Made by a program: the position numbers and the translations under genes. 64,000 nt of DNA from a virus. Under the pieces are notes generated by a model. That model ran no database searches. It was not told the DNA's origin and saw nothing but the letters and a program-made list of their open reading frames with translations. The DNA lies in the IMG/VR virus record IMGVR_UViG_3300045988_150172; one strand, written 5' to 3'. Positions 36,203 through 44,498 of this stretch are shown here, in pieces (position 1 is the first letter of the stretch; every line of letters starts with the position of its first letter).

Positions 36203-36874
36203 ATGATGAAGATTCCAGTTGAAATATATGCCTTTGTTGGTGTAATAGGTTCAGGAAAGAGCCATCGTCTTGAACAGATGAAAAAGGAGTATAATGGCGA
36301 TGGTCAGGTTGTGATTACTGCTGATTTTTCCGATGGAATTCGTGATTTGACACGGCAGATATTTGGGTACAGTAGTGAATTTGGAGATGTAAATTCAGAA
36401 GAATATCGCGACTGGAAGAACAATGTTGTATGTGAATTTAGTGAGATGACTCCTTACGGTGTTATTGAAAATAAAATGAGGGGTAGGGAAATTCTGTGTC
36501 GTATTGGTGAGGGTGTAAAGAGTGTTGCAGGGGTGGATGTATGGGCTAGATACACAACAGCCAGAATTTATGATCAAGTATGCAAGCAGTCATTTCGTTC
36601 TGATGTCCGTGTGAATGGAGTGCGAGTATTGATTGGTTCCGTTCGGTTTAAGGATGAAGTTCAGTCTATTTTTCAACTATACAGGGATTTAATGGATAAG
36701 GCTCAATTCTTGGGTATGGAACCTCAGATTCATTTTATCTTCTGTGATTACCATTCACAGAGCTATGATGCTACAAGTCATCACATCAGTGAAGCATTTG
36801 CACAGGCAGTGATTAATTTGGGCAAGTATAAGGATGGGGATGATATTACTGAAATTGTAAATTACGTAGTATGA
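36203..36874 (+). CDS. P-loop deoxynucleoside-monophosphate kinase-like protein
   Basis: Walker A FVGVIGSGKSHR near the N-terminus. 223 aa. ATGA-coupled to the polymerase gene. Confidence 0.55.
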   Translation: MMKIPVEIYAFVGVIGSGKSHRLEQMKKEYNGDGQVVITADFSDGIRDLTRQIFGYSSEFGDVNSEEYRDWKNNVVCEFSEMTPYGVIENKMRGREILCRIGEGVKSVAGVDVWARYTTARIYDQVCKQSFRSDVRVNGVRVLIGSVRFKDEVQSIFQLYRDLMDKAQFLGMEPQIHFIFCDYHSQSYDATSHHISEAFAQAVINLGKYKDGDDITEIVNYVV

Positions 36875-38508
36875 GACAGGAATTTGAACAGTATCTTCAA
36901 AGGAATTTAATGTCGTATAAGGAAGTCAGTCCTTATGTGTACGAAATAGGCGGCAAGACATTTGAACTTTATAAGCCTGACAATGACGGTGCTCTGTTTG
37001 ATGACGACTTTAGGTTCACAGGCATTCCGGCCAACCCAGACAGATATACTTCTTCGGAGACCACCATTGACACCCAGTGTGATTTCTATGCCTATAAGTT
37101 CGGTGGTGTGTGGTATATGCTTCCGAAGGATGGACGGGATGGTGTAAAGCTAAGACGGCTGAAATATATTGGAGAAGCTGTGCAGGAGATTCCTACGCCT
37201 GTTTTTATGGGTGTTCATGGTCAGTATGAAATTATGTCAGGCTCTGGAACCTATGCTGATTGGTGTGCAAAGGCAAAATTCTATGGGGTGACCACGCTTG
37301 GTATTTGTGAGAAGAATACTCTGTCGGGTGCTTTGAAGTTTCAGGTGGAATGCCAGAAGAATGGTTTGAAGCCTGTTATCGGAATGGAGTGTACCGTATA
37401 TGATACAGTTAAGGACTTTAGGTTTACTGCCAAGGTGTTTGTAAGAAACGAAGTTGGGTGGCAGAGTTTACTTACCATGTCGGAAGCTATTAACTGTGAT
37501 AATCCAGGGTATATATCTATTGACCAGTTTAAGGATGAAATTAGCCGAAATGCTGATGGGCTGGTGGTAGTTGCAGACCCCAAGACGACCGACTATGATA
37601 CATTCGCTAAAATAGGTCTAAAAATCGGTTATTATCAACTTGATCCTGTTAGGTATGTGGAAGAGTCTCGCGATGAAGTATATTTGAAGAATCTGAGGAA
37701 ATTCTATCATAGTGGTATGCTTGCACTTCCTATGGTTGATGCGTGGTATCTAGACGAAGAATATAGCTGCATTAGAGCTAGGCTTGCGAGTATAGGTGGG
37801 TCCAACTTTTATGACAGTGATGACCAGTGGTTTAAGCCGAATGATGTATTGTTCTGTCAGCTTGCTGACATGTTCCCAAGCACGGATGATGGTCTGGGGC
37901 TTGCATATCAGGACTTTTTGGATGGGCTGGAAAGGTTGATGGATATTGCTGACAGTATTGATTTTACTGTGGACACAACCAAGAGACATCTTCCACGTTA
38001 CATTATGACGGAAGAGGAAGCAGCCAAGTATGCCACCAATGAGGACATGTTCTGGGGGCTTATTGATGAGGGACTTCAGCGGCATCCTGAACTGATTGAA
38101 CGGTACGGTGAGGATGTTGTGATGGAACGTATTGACAGGGAGGTTGGCGTAATTAAGCTGGGGGATACAATTGATTACTTCCTAATTACAAGGGATATCA
38201 TTAACTGGTGTCATCGTAATGGCATTATGACAGGGATTAGTCGTGGTTCAGCCGGAGGGTGTCTTATTTCGTATCTGTTGGCTATCACTAAATTGGATCC
38301 GATAGGCTATAATCTTCTTTTTGAGAGGTTCCTGAATGAGGGTCGTGTTGGTTATTGGAAGGATGAACAGATTGTTATTATTAGTTTTGAGGATGGTCGG
38401 CAGATGGAATTTGATTCCAAGAAAAAACTTGTTGTAGAACGTAACGGCCAACACATAGAATTATGTGCGAAGGATTTTGAAGTCGGGGACAATATACTTG
38501 CATATTGA
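36871..38508 (+). CDS. dnaE: DNA polymerase III alpha (DnaE-type), N-terminal segment; conserved sequence ends near 38349
   Basis: Degenerate PHP region, then ISRGSAGGCLISYLLAITKLDPIGYNLLFERFLNEGRV. The last 53 codons (VGYWKDEQ..NILAY*) have no DnaE counterpart. Confidence 0.85.
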   Translation: MRQEFEQYLQRNLMSYKEVSPYVYEIGGKTFELYKPDNDGALFDDDFRFTGIPANPDRYTSSETTIDTQCDFYAYKFGGVWYMLPKDGRDGVKLRRLKYIGEAVQEIPTPVFMGVHGQYEIMSGSGTYADWCAKAKFYGVTTLGICEKNTLSGALKFQVECQKNGLKPVIGMECTVYDTVKDFRFTAKVFVRNEVGWQSLLTMSEAINCDNPGYISIDQFKDEISRNADGLVVVADPKTTDYDTFAKIGLKIGYYQLDPVRYVEESRDEVYLKNLRKFYHSGMLALPMVDAWYLDEEYSCIRARLASIGGSNFYDSDDQWFKPNDVLFCQLADMFPSTDDGLGLAYQDFLDGLERLMDIADSIDFTVDTTKRHLPRYIMTEEEAAKYATNEDMFWGLIDEGLQRHPELIERYGEDVVMERIDREVGVIKLGDTIDYFLITRDIINWCHRNGIMTGISRGSAGGCLISYLLAITKLDPIGYNLLFERFLNEGRVGYWKDEQIVIISFEDGRQMEFDSKKKLVVERNGQHIELCAKDFEVGDNILAY

Positions 38509-38661
38509 TGATAATTCATGATTATATTCACGGAATGTGTTATTAAAGTATAGATAATATAATTATGTCGAAGATAACAAAAATTAAGATTGAGGACAGG
38601 AAGGGATTCGTGCGTGTTTCCCTTCCTGACGAGTAGCCCCCATCAGTAATGGTGGGGGCAG
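38350..38661 (+). mobile_element. intervening sequence in dnaE, candidate self-splicing (group I-like) intron; boundaries inferred
   Basis: 312 nt. It follows a U and ends in G. AT-rich core with two GC-rich hairpins lacking U-tracts (aggaaggga/tcccttcct and gccccca/tgggggc). Its removal fuses ..FLNEGRV to SEIDVDF.. in frame. Confidence 0.45.
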
Positions 38662-41643
38662 AGTGAAATTGATGTAGATTTTCCCGGAGAAGACCGAGGA
38701 AAAGTCAAGCAGTATATGGAACAGCGTTTTGGTGAAGTTAATGTCTGTTCAGTGGGTACTTACTCCGCCTTGCAGTTAAGAGCGGCTATTAAGGACATGT
38801 CTCGTGTGTATGGGCTGGAGTTTCAGGAGGTGAATGACATGATGAAACTCTTTGGAGTGGATGATCGTAAGCCTGAAGACCTGTTTAGGATAGCCTGTGC
38901 TCAACCGCGTGTGAAGAAGTTCGTTAAGGATCACCCTGACTTGGTCAATGAGGTCATGCTGATTATGCCAGCACCAAAGGCACGTTCAGTTCACGCCTGT
39001 GCAACCATGATATTTCCAAAGGAGCATGATATGTTCCACTGGACGCCTATTCGTAAGCAGAATGGAGAATATGTGACTGAATGGGAGGGTGGTGAAATGG
39101 ACGGTGCTGGATTTTTGAAAAATGATATTCTGGGTATTAAACAGCTGGATAAGTTTCAGAATATGGTGCGTCTTGTGAAAGAGAATGAGGGTGTTGATGT
39201 GGACATTTTCAATGTACCGCTTGACGACCCAGAGGTTTATCGTTATTTTCAGAATGGCTGGACGGAAGATAATTTTCACTTTGGCTCACGTGGTTTGACA
39301 GGCTACTGTAAGGAGATGAAACCTGAAAACATAGAGGACTTGATTGCAGCTATTGCCCTGTATCGCCCTGGAGCAATGGAGAACGGTTTCCATACGGAGT
39401 ATGTTAAGCGTAAGGAGGGTGCGCCTGTAAGTTACTTTGTAGGTTCCGAAGAAATTCTCTCTAATACTTATGGGATTTTTTGTATTTCGGAAGATAGCGA
39501 TGTGCTGACTGAAAGAGGTCTTGTTAAGATTCAGGATATCATTCCTGGAAAGGACAGAGTTAAAACAGAGGATGGTTCTTTTCAGACAGTCTATTTGAAG
39601 AAGGATAATGGTGTTAGAGATGTCGTTGAAGTCCAAACAGGCTTTGGGCGGCCAGTGCTCTGCACCCCTAATCATAAGTTTCTAACAAGAGAACGTGGTT
39701 GGCAGGAAGCACAGAATTTGCGACACAATGAGGAAATTGTATGTTATTTTGAACAACCGTTAAGAAAGGATGATCTAACTGAAAGGGAATGTCTTGAACA
39801 TTGGCTGTTAGGGTATTTTCTTGCAGAGGGTAGTTGTGGTTCATCTCCATATTTTACTGTTACCAATAAGGAAGTTGCTGAAAAGGTGTCTCAGATTATA
39901 TTGAAACTCTTTCCATCTATGATGGTAGGTATTAAGGAGAAAAAGACTGTTCATAAATCAGGTAGGATTGGTATAACAACACGAGTATATGTGAGACAGA
40001 AGAATGGCAACAATGGCTATTTTAATGCGAATTATGAACCTAATCAGTTTATTGTTTGGTTGAAAAAATGGGGTGTTTGGGGTCAGAGCTGTTATACCAA
40101 GAGACTTCCTAAAGATTATTCCTTGGACATGATTGTTGGTCTATTGGAGGGTGACGGCTGTATGAAGAATTATACTTTGCGTCTTTGTAATAAGGAACTT
40201 TCTATGGATGTTTATATGGGGTTGCAGTCTTACGGGATTCAGTCTTCATATAAAATTAGTAAGAGTGGAATACCTGTTGTAAGTTGGAATGACTTGAATC
40301 AAGAGTTTAATCTTAGATTGTTTAGTCATAAAAAATTGGTAAGACCGTCGACAGTACATTCTGGTTATGGTAGGGTTCGTTCTATTACTCCTATGGGGGC
40401 ACGGAGAGTGTATGATTTGAGTGTGGATAATGTTCATAGTTTTGTTGTAAATGGCTGTGTTGTAGCGAATTGCTTCCAGGAACAAATTATGGAATTGTGT
40501 AAGTGCTTGGGTGGGCTTTCACTTGTGGAAGCTGATGATGTGCGAAAGGCTATGGTGAAGAAGAAGTATGAAGCACTTCACCAGTATCATCCACGATTTG
40601 TCGACAACTACGTGACACAGTTCGGTGTGACGAATGAATATGCTGAAAATGTGTGGGATGCTATTGACAAGGCTTCCACCTATCTGTTCAACCGTTCTCA
40701 TGCTGTTGCCTATGCTCTTACAGGTTATATCTCACAGTGGATGAAAGTTCATTATCCGATAGAATACTGGAGTGTGGCATTTAAGGAAGCAACAACAGAT
40801 GACTATCCTCGTTATATTGCTGAGATCAATAAGACAGGGGTCTGTACCGTAAAACCTGTGGACATTAATCTGTCAGGAACAGGTGTGTATATTGACTTTG
40901 CGGCGAAGACGCTTTATTGGTCAGTTACAGGTGTGAAACAGGTTGCCGACAAGGCAGCAACGCAGATACTCAAGGAACGGGACGAAAATGGTAGGTACTG
41001 GTCTCTTGATGACTTTGTAACTCGACACAAGTGGAAGGGTTCTGCTGTGAACACAAGGGTTGTGCAGAATCTAATTCTTGCAGGTGCATTTGATGCAGTA
41101 GAGAACATTACTGATGCCCCACAGAGGGTGGAACTGCTGATATCCTATTTAGCTTCCACGAAAAACAAGCTGAATGGGGAGGATCCTATTATAGCAGGGT
41201 TTGACAATCACAGGAATGATGCTTGGTGGTGGCAGCTTATGCAGAAGAAGCTTTCAGGGCTTGCATTCTTTGATTATAGTAGTATCTATGAAAAGGTGAA
41301 GCAGTTCTTTCCTGACGGTTATGAATATCACACATTTGAGGACTGTAATGATGTTGAATATCGTCCTAACAGGGGTTATGTGATTGTTGGGGGTTATGTG
41401 TCTGCAATAGACCTTAAAAAGACTAAAAAAGGAGATGTTCTGTGTCGCATTACACTGGAAAATAATTATGAGTTCCTGGATTTGGTGGTATTTCAGTCAG
41501 AATATGAACGTCTTCAGGAGGAAATTACGGCAAGCAAGGATAATATTGTGCTTTTGAATGCAACGCTCTACTATGATGCACGAAATGATAGAAATGCCTT
41601 ACGTGCTGACATGGAGACCAATATGGTGACATTTAAGTTATAG
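38662..41643 (+). CDS. dnaE: DNA polymerase III alpha, C-terminal segment (first ATG only at 38716)
   Basis: The open frame upstream of the ATG reads SEIDVDFPGEDRGKVKQYMEQRFG.., which is the catalytic PDxDxDF region. Downstream motifs: YRPGAME, FQEQIMEL, FNRSHAVAYAL. Confidence 0.85.
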   Translation, partial: SEIDVDFPGEDRGKVKQYMEQRFGEVNVCSVGTYSALQLRAAIKDMSRVYGLEFQEVNDMMKLFGVDDRKPEDLFRIACAQPRVKKFVKDHPDLVNEVMLIMPAPKARSVHACATMIFPKEHDMFHWTPIRKQNGEYVTEWEGGEMDGAGFLKNDILGIKQLDKFQNMVRLVKENEGVDVDIFNVPLDDPEVYRYFQNGWTEDNFHFGSRGLTGYCKEMKPENIEDLIAAIALYRPGAMENGFHTEYVKRKEGAPVSYFVGSEEILSNTYGIFCISEDSDVLTERGLVKIQDIIPGKDRVKTEDGSFQTVYLKKDNGVRDVVEVQTGFGRPVLCTPNHKFLTRERGWQEAQNLRHNEEIVCYFEQPLRKDDLTERECLEHWLLGYFLAEGSCGSSPYFTVTNKEVAEKVSQIILKLFPSMMVGIKEKKTVHKSGRIGITTRVYVRQKNGNNGYFNANYEPNQFIVWLKKWGVWGQSCYTKRLPKDYSLDMIVGLLEGDGCMKNYTLRLCNKELSMDVYMGLQSYGIQSSYKISKSGIPVVSWNDLNQEFNLRLFSHKKLVRPSTVHSGYGRVRSITPMGARRVYDLSVDNVHSFVVNGCVVANCFQEQIMELCKCLGGLSLVEADDVRKAMVKKKYEALHQYHPRFVDNYVTQFGVTNEYAENVWDAIDKASTYLFNRSHAVAYALTGYISQWMKVHYPIEYWSVAFKEATTDDYPRYIAEINKTGVCTVKPVDINLSGTGVYIDFAAKTLYWSVTGVKQVADKAATQILKERDENGRYWSLDDFVTRHKWKGSAVNTRVVQNLILAGAFDAVENITDAPQRVELLISYLASTKNKLNGEDPIIAGFDNHRNDAWWWQLMQKKLSGLAFFDYSSIYEKVKQFFPDGYEYHTFEDCNDVEYRPNRGYVIVGGYVSAIDLKKTKKGDVLCRITLENNYEFLDLVVFQSEYERLQEEITASKDNIVLLNATLYYDARNDRNALRADMETNMVTFKL
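39481..40470 (+). mobile_element. intein (330 aa) with LAGLIDADG endonuclease in dnaE
   Basis: Starts CISEDSDVLTERG, has block B CTPNHKF, LAGLIDADG motifs LLGYFLAEGSC and IVGLLEGDGC, and ends VYDLSVDNVHSFVVNGCVVAN|C. Removal restores TYGIF-CFQEQIM. Confidence 0.85.
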
Positions 41644-41647
41644 ACTT

Positions 41648-42178
41648 ATGATAATTACAACACATTTTGCGAATGTTCCGGTAGAACTGGAAACTAATGG
41701 CTTTGACGGTCGTATAGACATAGATAGACTGACCAGTATAAATTATGAAAATCTGTTTGGGGAAGCCGTTACAGTTAGTGCGCTTTTGAATAAGGTAGGA
41801 ATTCTTAGGGCTGAAGCTGAAAAGGTCGTAGCAGAAAAGAAGCTGGAGAAGGACATCTATGAAGCAGATAGAAAAAAGTTTTATCGTAGGCAGGCACAGA
41901 AGAACGGTGGTAAGTTCTTCTTTGACAATGATGAGATAAAGATGTCTGAAAAGGCTTTGGAGGAAGTTATTTTACTTGACGAGGAATACCAGCAACTGTC
42001 CTGTGAGTTGATAGAGGCACAGAAGAATTTTGCTATTCTTGACACGCTGCAATGGTCTGTTCAGGACAAAAGTAGGAAGTTGAATAACCTTTTGAAGCCT
42101 GTTACACCAGCAGAGTTTTTACAGGAGCTAGTGGATGGTGAGGTTAATTCATTTTTAATTCGTAAAAAAGGATTTTGA
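41648..42178 (+). CDS. coiled-coil protein, possibly UvsY-like recombination mediator
   Basis: 176 aa. Only loose by-eye similarity to the T4 UvsY pattern (..AEKK.. / MSEKALEEVILLDEEY.. / ILDTLQWSVQDKSRKL). Sits beside the recombination genes. Confidence 0.3.
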   Translation: MIITTHFANVPVELETNGFDGRIDIDRLTSINYENLFGEAVTVSALLNKVGILRAEAEKVVAEKKLEKDIYEADRKKFYRRQAQKNGGKFFFDNDEIKMSEKALEEVILLDEEYQQLSCELIEAQKNFAILDTLQWSVQDKSRKLNNLLKPVTPAEFLQELVDGEVNSFLIRKKGF

Positions 42179-42179
42179 T

Positions 42180-42455
42180 ATGAAATTTGAGGATGTAGAA
42201 GAACTAAAGGAAGCCCTGTGGGAAAGAGATGCAGAAGATACGACATTCTTTGTTGATCCTGACTATATATCTGCTGTTATAGGTATTTCTACGGATGACA
42301 GGGTTGTGTATTCCTATGAGAAGATGGTTGAGTTCTTAGTGAATAGTGATGGCATAGCCTATGAGGACGCAGAAGAGTTTATAGAATATAACACCATTCG
42401 TACGATTCCTTATATGGGTAAAAATTCACCGATAATTGTTAAGGAAGAAATATAA
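42180..42455 (+). CDS. small acidic hypothetical protein
   Basis: 91-aa ORF starting 1 nt after the previous stop. Confidence 0.5.
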   Translation: MKFEDVEELKEALWERDAEDTTFFVDPDYISAVIGISTDDRVVYSYEKMVEFLVNSDGIAYEDAEEFIEYNTIRTIPYMGKNSPIIVKEEI

Positions 42456-42474
42456 AGAAATTCCTGATAAACTC

Positions 42475-42505
42475 CTTGGATATCCAAGAAAAATAATTAC
42501 CTTTG
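42475..42505 (+). promoter_or_regulatory. Bacteroidota-type promoter with a perfect 14-bp palindrome over the -33 element
   Basis: CTTGGATATCCAAG (42475..42488) is its own reverse complement. TACCTTTG at 42498..42505 follows a 19-nt spacer. Confidence 0.6.
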
Positions 42506-42532
42506 CCGTGTAATCATTAAATCAATAAAGTT

Positions 42533-42751
42533 ATGAAAATCGGAGACAAGAACTTTAACGAAGCATTGAGCATTATTGCTAAATCACCAACAAGGGTCAA
42601 TGTCACTATTAACGAACCTGTTGAGGACAACTATTCCAATGTCCACCCTATTCTTTTACATCAGGCGTGTGCAAAACTTATCAATAATTTGATTGGAGCC
42701 GGATTTTCAATAGGCGTGTGTTCAAAAGGTACTTGGGTTGATAAATTTTAA
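42533..42751 (+). CDS. small hypothetical protein
   Basis: 72-aa ORF downstream of the promoter. Confidence 0.45.
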   Translation: MKIGDKNFNEALSIIAKSPTRVNVTINEPVEDNYSNVHPILLHQACAKLINNLIGAGFSIGVCSKGTWVDKF

Positions 42752-42760
42752 TTTTAAGTT

Positions 42761-42859
42761 ATGGCAGAATTTATCCATATTTCAGGTGAGTTTTATATTA
42801 AACAGTGTGAAACAGCCCCACAGGCATACGACATTTATCGTAAGAAAAATGAATGTTAA
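42761..42859 (+). CDS. very small ORF (32 aa), uncertain
   Basis: ATG..TAA, followed in frame by TAG. Below the ORF-track cutoff. Confidence 0.2.
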   Translation: MAEFIHISGEFYIKQCETAPQAYDIYRKKNEC

Positions 42860-42883
42860 TAGAGAAAGGCATCCTATGGTAAA

Positions 42884-43054
42884 ATGGAAGACATTTCTTA
42901 TGCAGTTCCTCTTCCGTATGCACTTCATCGTATAGCGAATGCGTTGGCAGCAGAAGAATCAGCTAACATTTATGAGCTTGCAGATAATCTTAAGAAATAT
43001 CAGGATGATTTCTTGGAAAGCGTTAAACAAATAGTGAAAATTTACAAATCCTAA
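42884..43054 (+). CDS. small ORF (56 aa), uncertain
   Basis: MEDISYAVPLPYALHRIANALAAEES.. fills an otherwise empty gap. Same frame as 42761..42859. Confidence 0.3.
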   Translation: MEDISYAVPLPYALHRIANALAAEESANIYELADNLKKYQDDFLESVKQIVKIYKS

Positions 43055-43072
43055 TTATAAATAAAAGAAATT

Positions 43073-44479
43073 ATGGCAAGTTTTAACAGAGACAGGTTCA
43101 GGGCAACACCACTATCAACGGTAAATTCAACCGTTACGGAAACAAAGCAGTATGACACCTTTTACGGTGGAAGCAGCGACTATGCACCATTCTTTAAGAA
43201 TGTGGAGGGTGTGACCATTAAGAGGGTTCTCCCAGCACATGAGCCAGGAGACAGTCCTTACGTTCCTATGATGACTTCAATGCTTGAGTGTGAAGTTGAG
43301 GACAAGAAGGATGGTGTGGTTATTGGTAAGAAGATTGCCAAGAAGAAAATCTTTATTGCCACACTTCATGCAGGATCAAAGTACGACATCATTGATGAGT
43401 ACATTAAGAGGGTGTATGCTCTTGCGGAGCAGTATCAGGATAAGGATGAACGTAGCAGATTCCTTAACCCAATTACAGGCTATAGAATGGGTAAACAGTG
43501 GGTTTCAGGCATTCGTCCACAGCTGGAGTATGTCTATTATGCACTCATTAACGGTCAGATTTATCGCGATAGCTTGAAGCCGAAACAGATGGAAGCTCTC
43601 AACAAGGAGTCCGCTGAAATGTGTGCACAGGATGATACAGCAGCAATAGACATTTTCAGTGATCCTTCAACTGGTTACCCTATTCAGTGGTCACGTGAAA
43701 AGGATGAGAACGGTAAGACTGTTGAAGTCTTGAAGGCACTTCCGCTTCCTCGCACAATGTCCTGGGATCAGTATTTTGAAAAGTACGCTGTTCCTGATAA
43801 GGTGCTTGAGGATCTTCTTAAGCTTCCTTCGCTTAAGAGCTTGTACGTTGGTTCCTATCGTAAGAAGGACTTCGAGTATGCACTGGATGGCCTGAAGAGG
43901 TTTGACCAGAACAATGGTTACAATGTCTTTGCTGATGAGGACTATCTGGACTATATAGAAAGAGCCGAAGCTGAGCTTTCCAAGAAGTGGGGTTCAGAGG
44001 AGGATACTGATTCAGCACCACAGCCAAAGACAGCACCAGCACCTCAGGAGGAAGCACCTGCAAAGCCGAAGCCTGTTACAAAGAAGTCAGTGGCTAAGAA
44101 AGTGGCACCTGAAGAACCCACACTGGAGCAGAAGCTGAAAGTTATTAATGTGGAATTTGTTAGGCAGTATGGTAATGAGTATGAGGAAATTACTATTGAT
44201 GACTTGGGTTCTGATCTAGATTCCATCTATGCACTTGCAGTTAAGAAGGAGGATCTTGGCTATGATCTTGACCATGTTCCTGGATGGGATGCTAAACCTG
44301 AAGCACCTGCAAAGCCGAAGCCGAAGCCAGTTTCAAAGGTTGAGGATCCTGAACCTGAAGCAGCTCCAGAACCAGAGCCACAGGCAGCAGCTCCACAGCC
44401 ATCAGGCAATGCAACGGCACAGTCTGCTCTGGAAAGAATTAAGGCTATGCGTGAAAGGGCTAAAATGAACAAACAATAA
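43073..44479 (+). CDS. hypothetical protein with Pro/Ala/Lys/Glu-rich repeat tail (possible ssDNA-binding/recombination accessory)
   Basis: 468 aa. EAPAKPKP occurs twice, encoded by an exact 23-nt direct repeat. Precedes the Mre11/RecA/Rad50 genes. The function is inferred from context only. Confidence 0.55.
   Translation: MASFNRDRFRATPLSTVNSTVTETKQYDTFYGGSSDYAPFFKNVEGVTIKRVLPAHEPGDSPYVPMMTSMLECEVEDKKDGVVIGKKIAKKKIFIATLHAGSKYDIIDEYIKRVYALAEQYQDKDERSRFLNPITGYRMGKQWVSGIRPQLEYVYYALINGQIYRDSLKPKQMEALNKESAEMCAQDDTAAIDIFSDPSTGYPIQWSREKDENGKTVEVLKALPLPRTMSWDQYFEKYAVPDKVLEDLLKLPSLKSLYVGSYRKKDFEYALDGLKRFDQNNGYNVFADEDYLDYIERAEAELSKKWGSEEDTDSAPQPKTAPAPQEEAPAKPKPVTKKSVAKKVAPEEPTLEQKLKVINVEFVRQYGNEYEEITIDDLGSDLDSIYALAVKKEDLGYDLDHVPGWDAKPEAPAKPKPKPVSKVEDPEPEAAPEPEPQAAAPQPSGNATAQSALERIKAMRERAKMNKQ
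44051..44073 (+). repeat. 23-nt direct repeat copy 1 (gaagcacctgcaaagccgaagcc)
   Basis: Identical to 44300..44322. Confidence 0.9.
44300..44322 (+). repeat. 23-nt direct repeat copy 2
   Basis: Identical to 44051..44073. Confidence 0.9.
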
Positions 44480-44498
44480 TGAAGTAGTAAATGTGATT

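Noticed and set aside
38350-38661. The dnaE interruption as a split or decayed intein. VIISFEDGRQMEFDSKKKLVVERNGQHIELCAKDFEVGDNILAY and the mini-ORF MSKITKIKIEDRKGFVRVSLPDE loosely resemble Hint-domain strands.
   Set aside because: There is no Cys/Ser at the would-be intein start, and no HN/AN followed by a nucleophile before SEIDVDF in any frame. The pieces lie in different frames separated by stops. The resemblance is weak and beta-strand generic. RNA-level removal explains the data more simply, but it remains unproven.
42761-43054. Two small ORFs in the same frame separated by TAA-TAG, considered as possible stop-codon recoding or readthrough (known in some gut phages).
   Set aside because: All large genes in the window read through cleanly with the standard code. 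The tandem stop includes TAA, which is not a usual recoding target. The tRNA-like element at 35559 has no usable suppressor anticodon.
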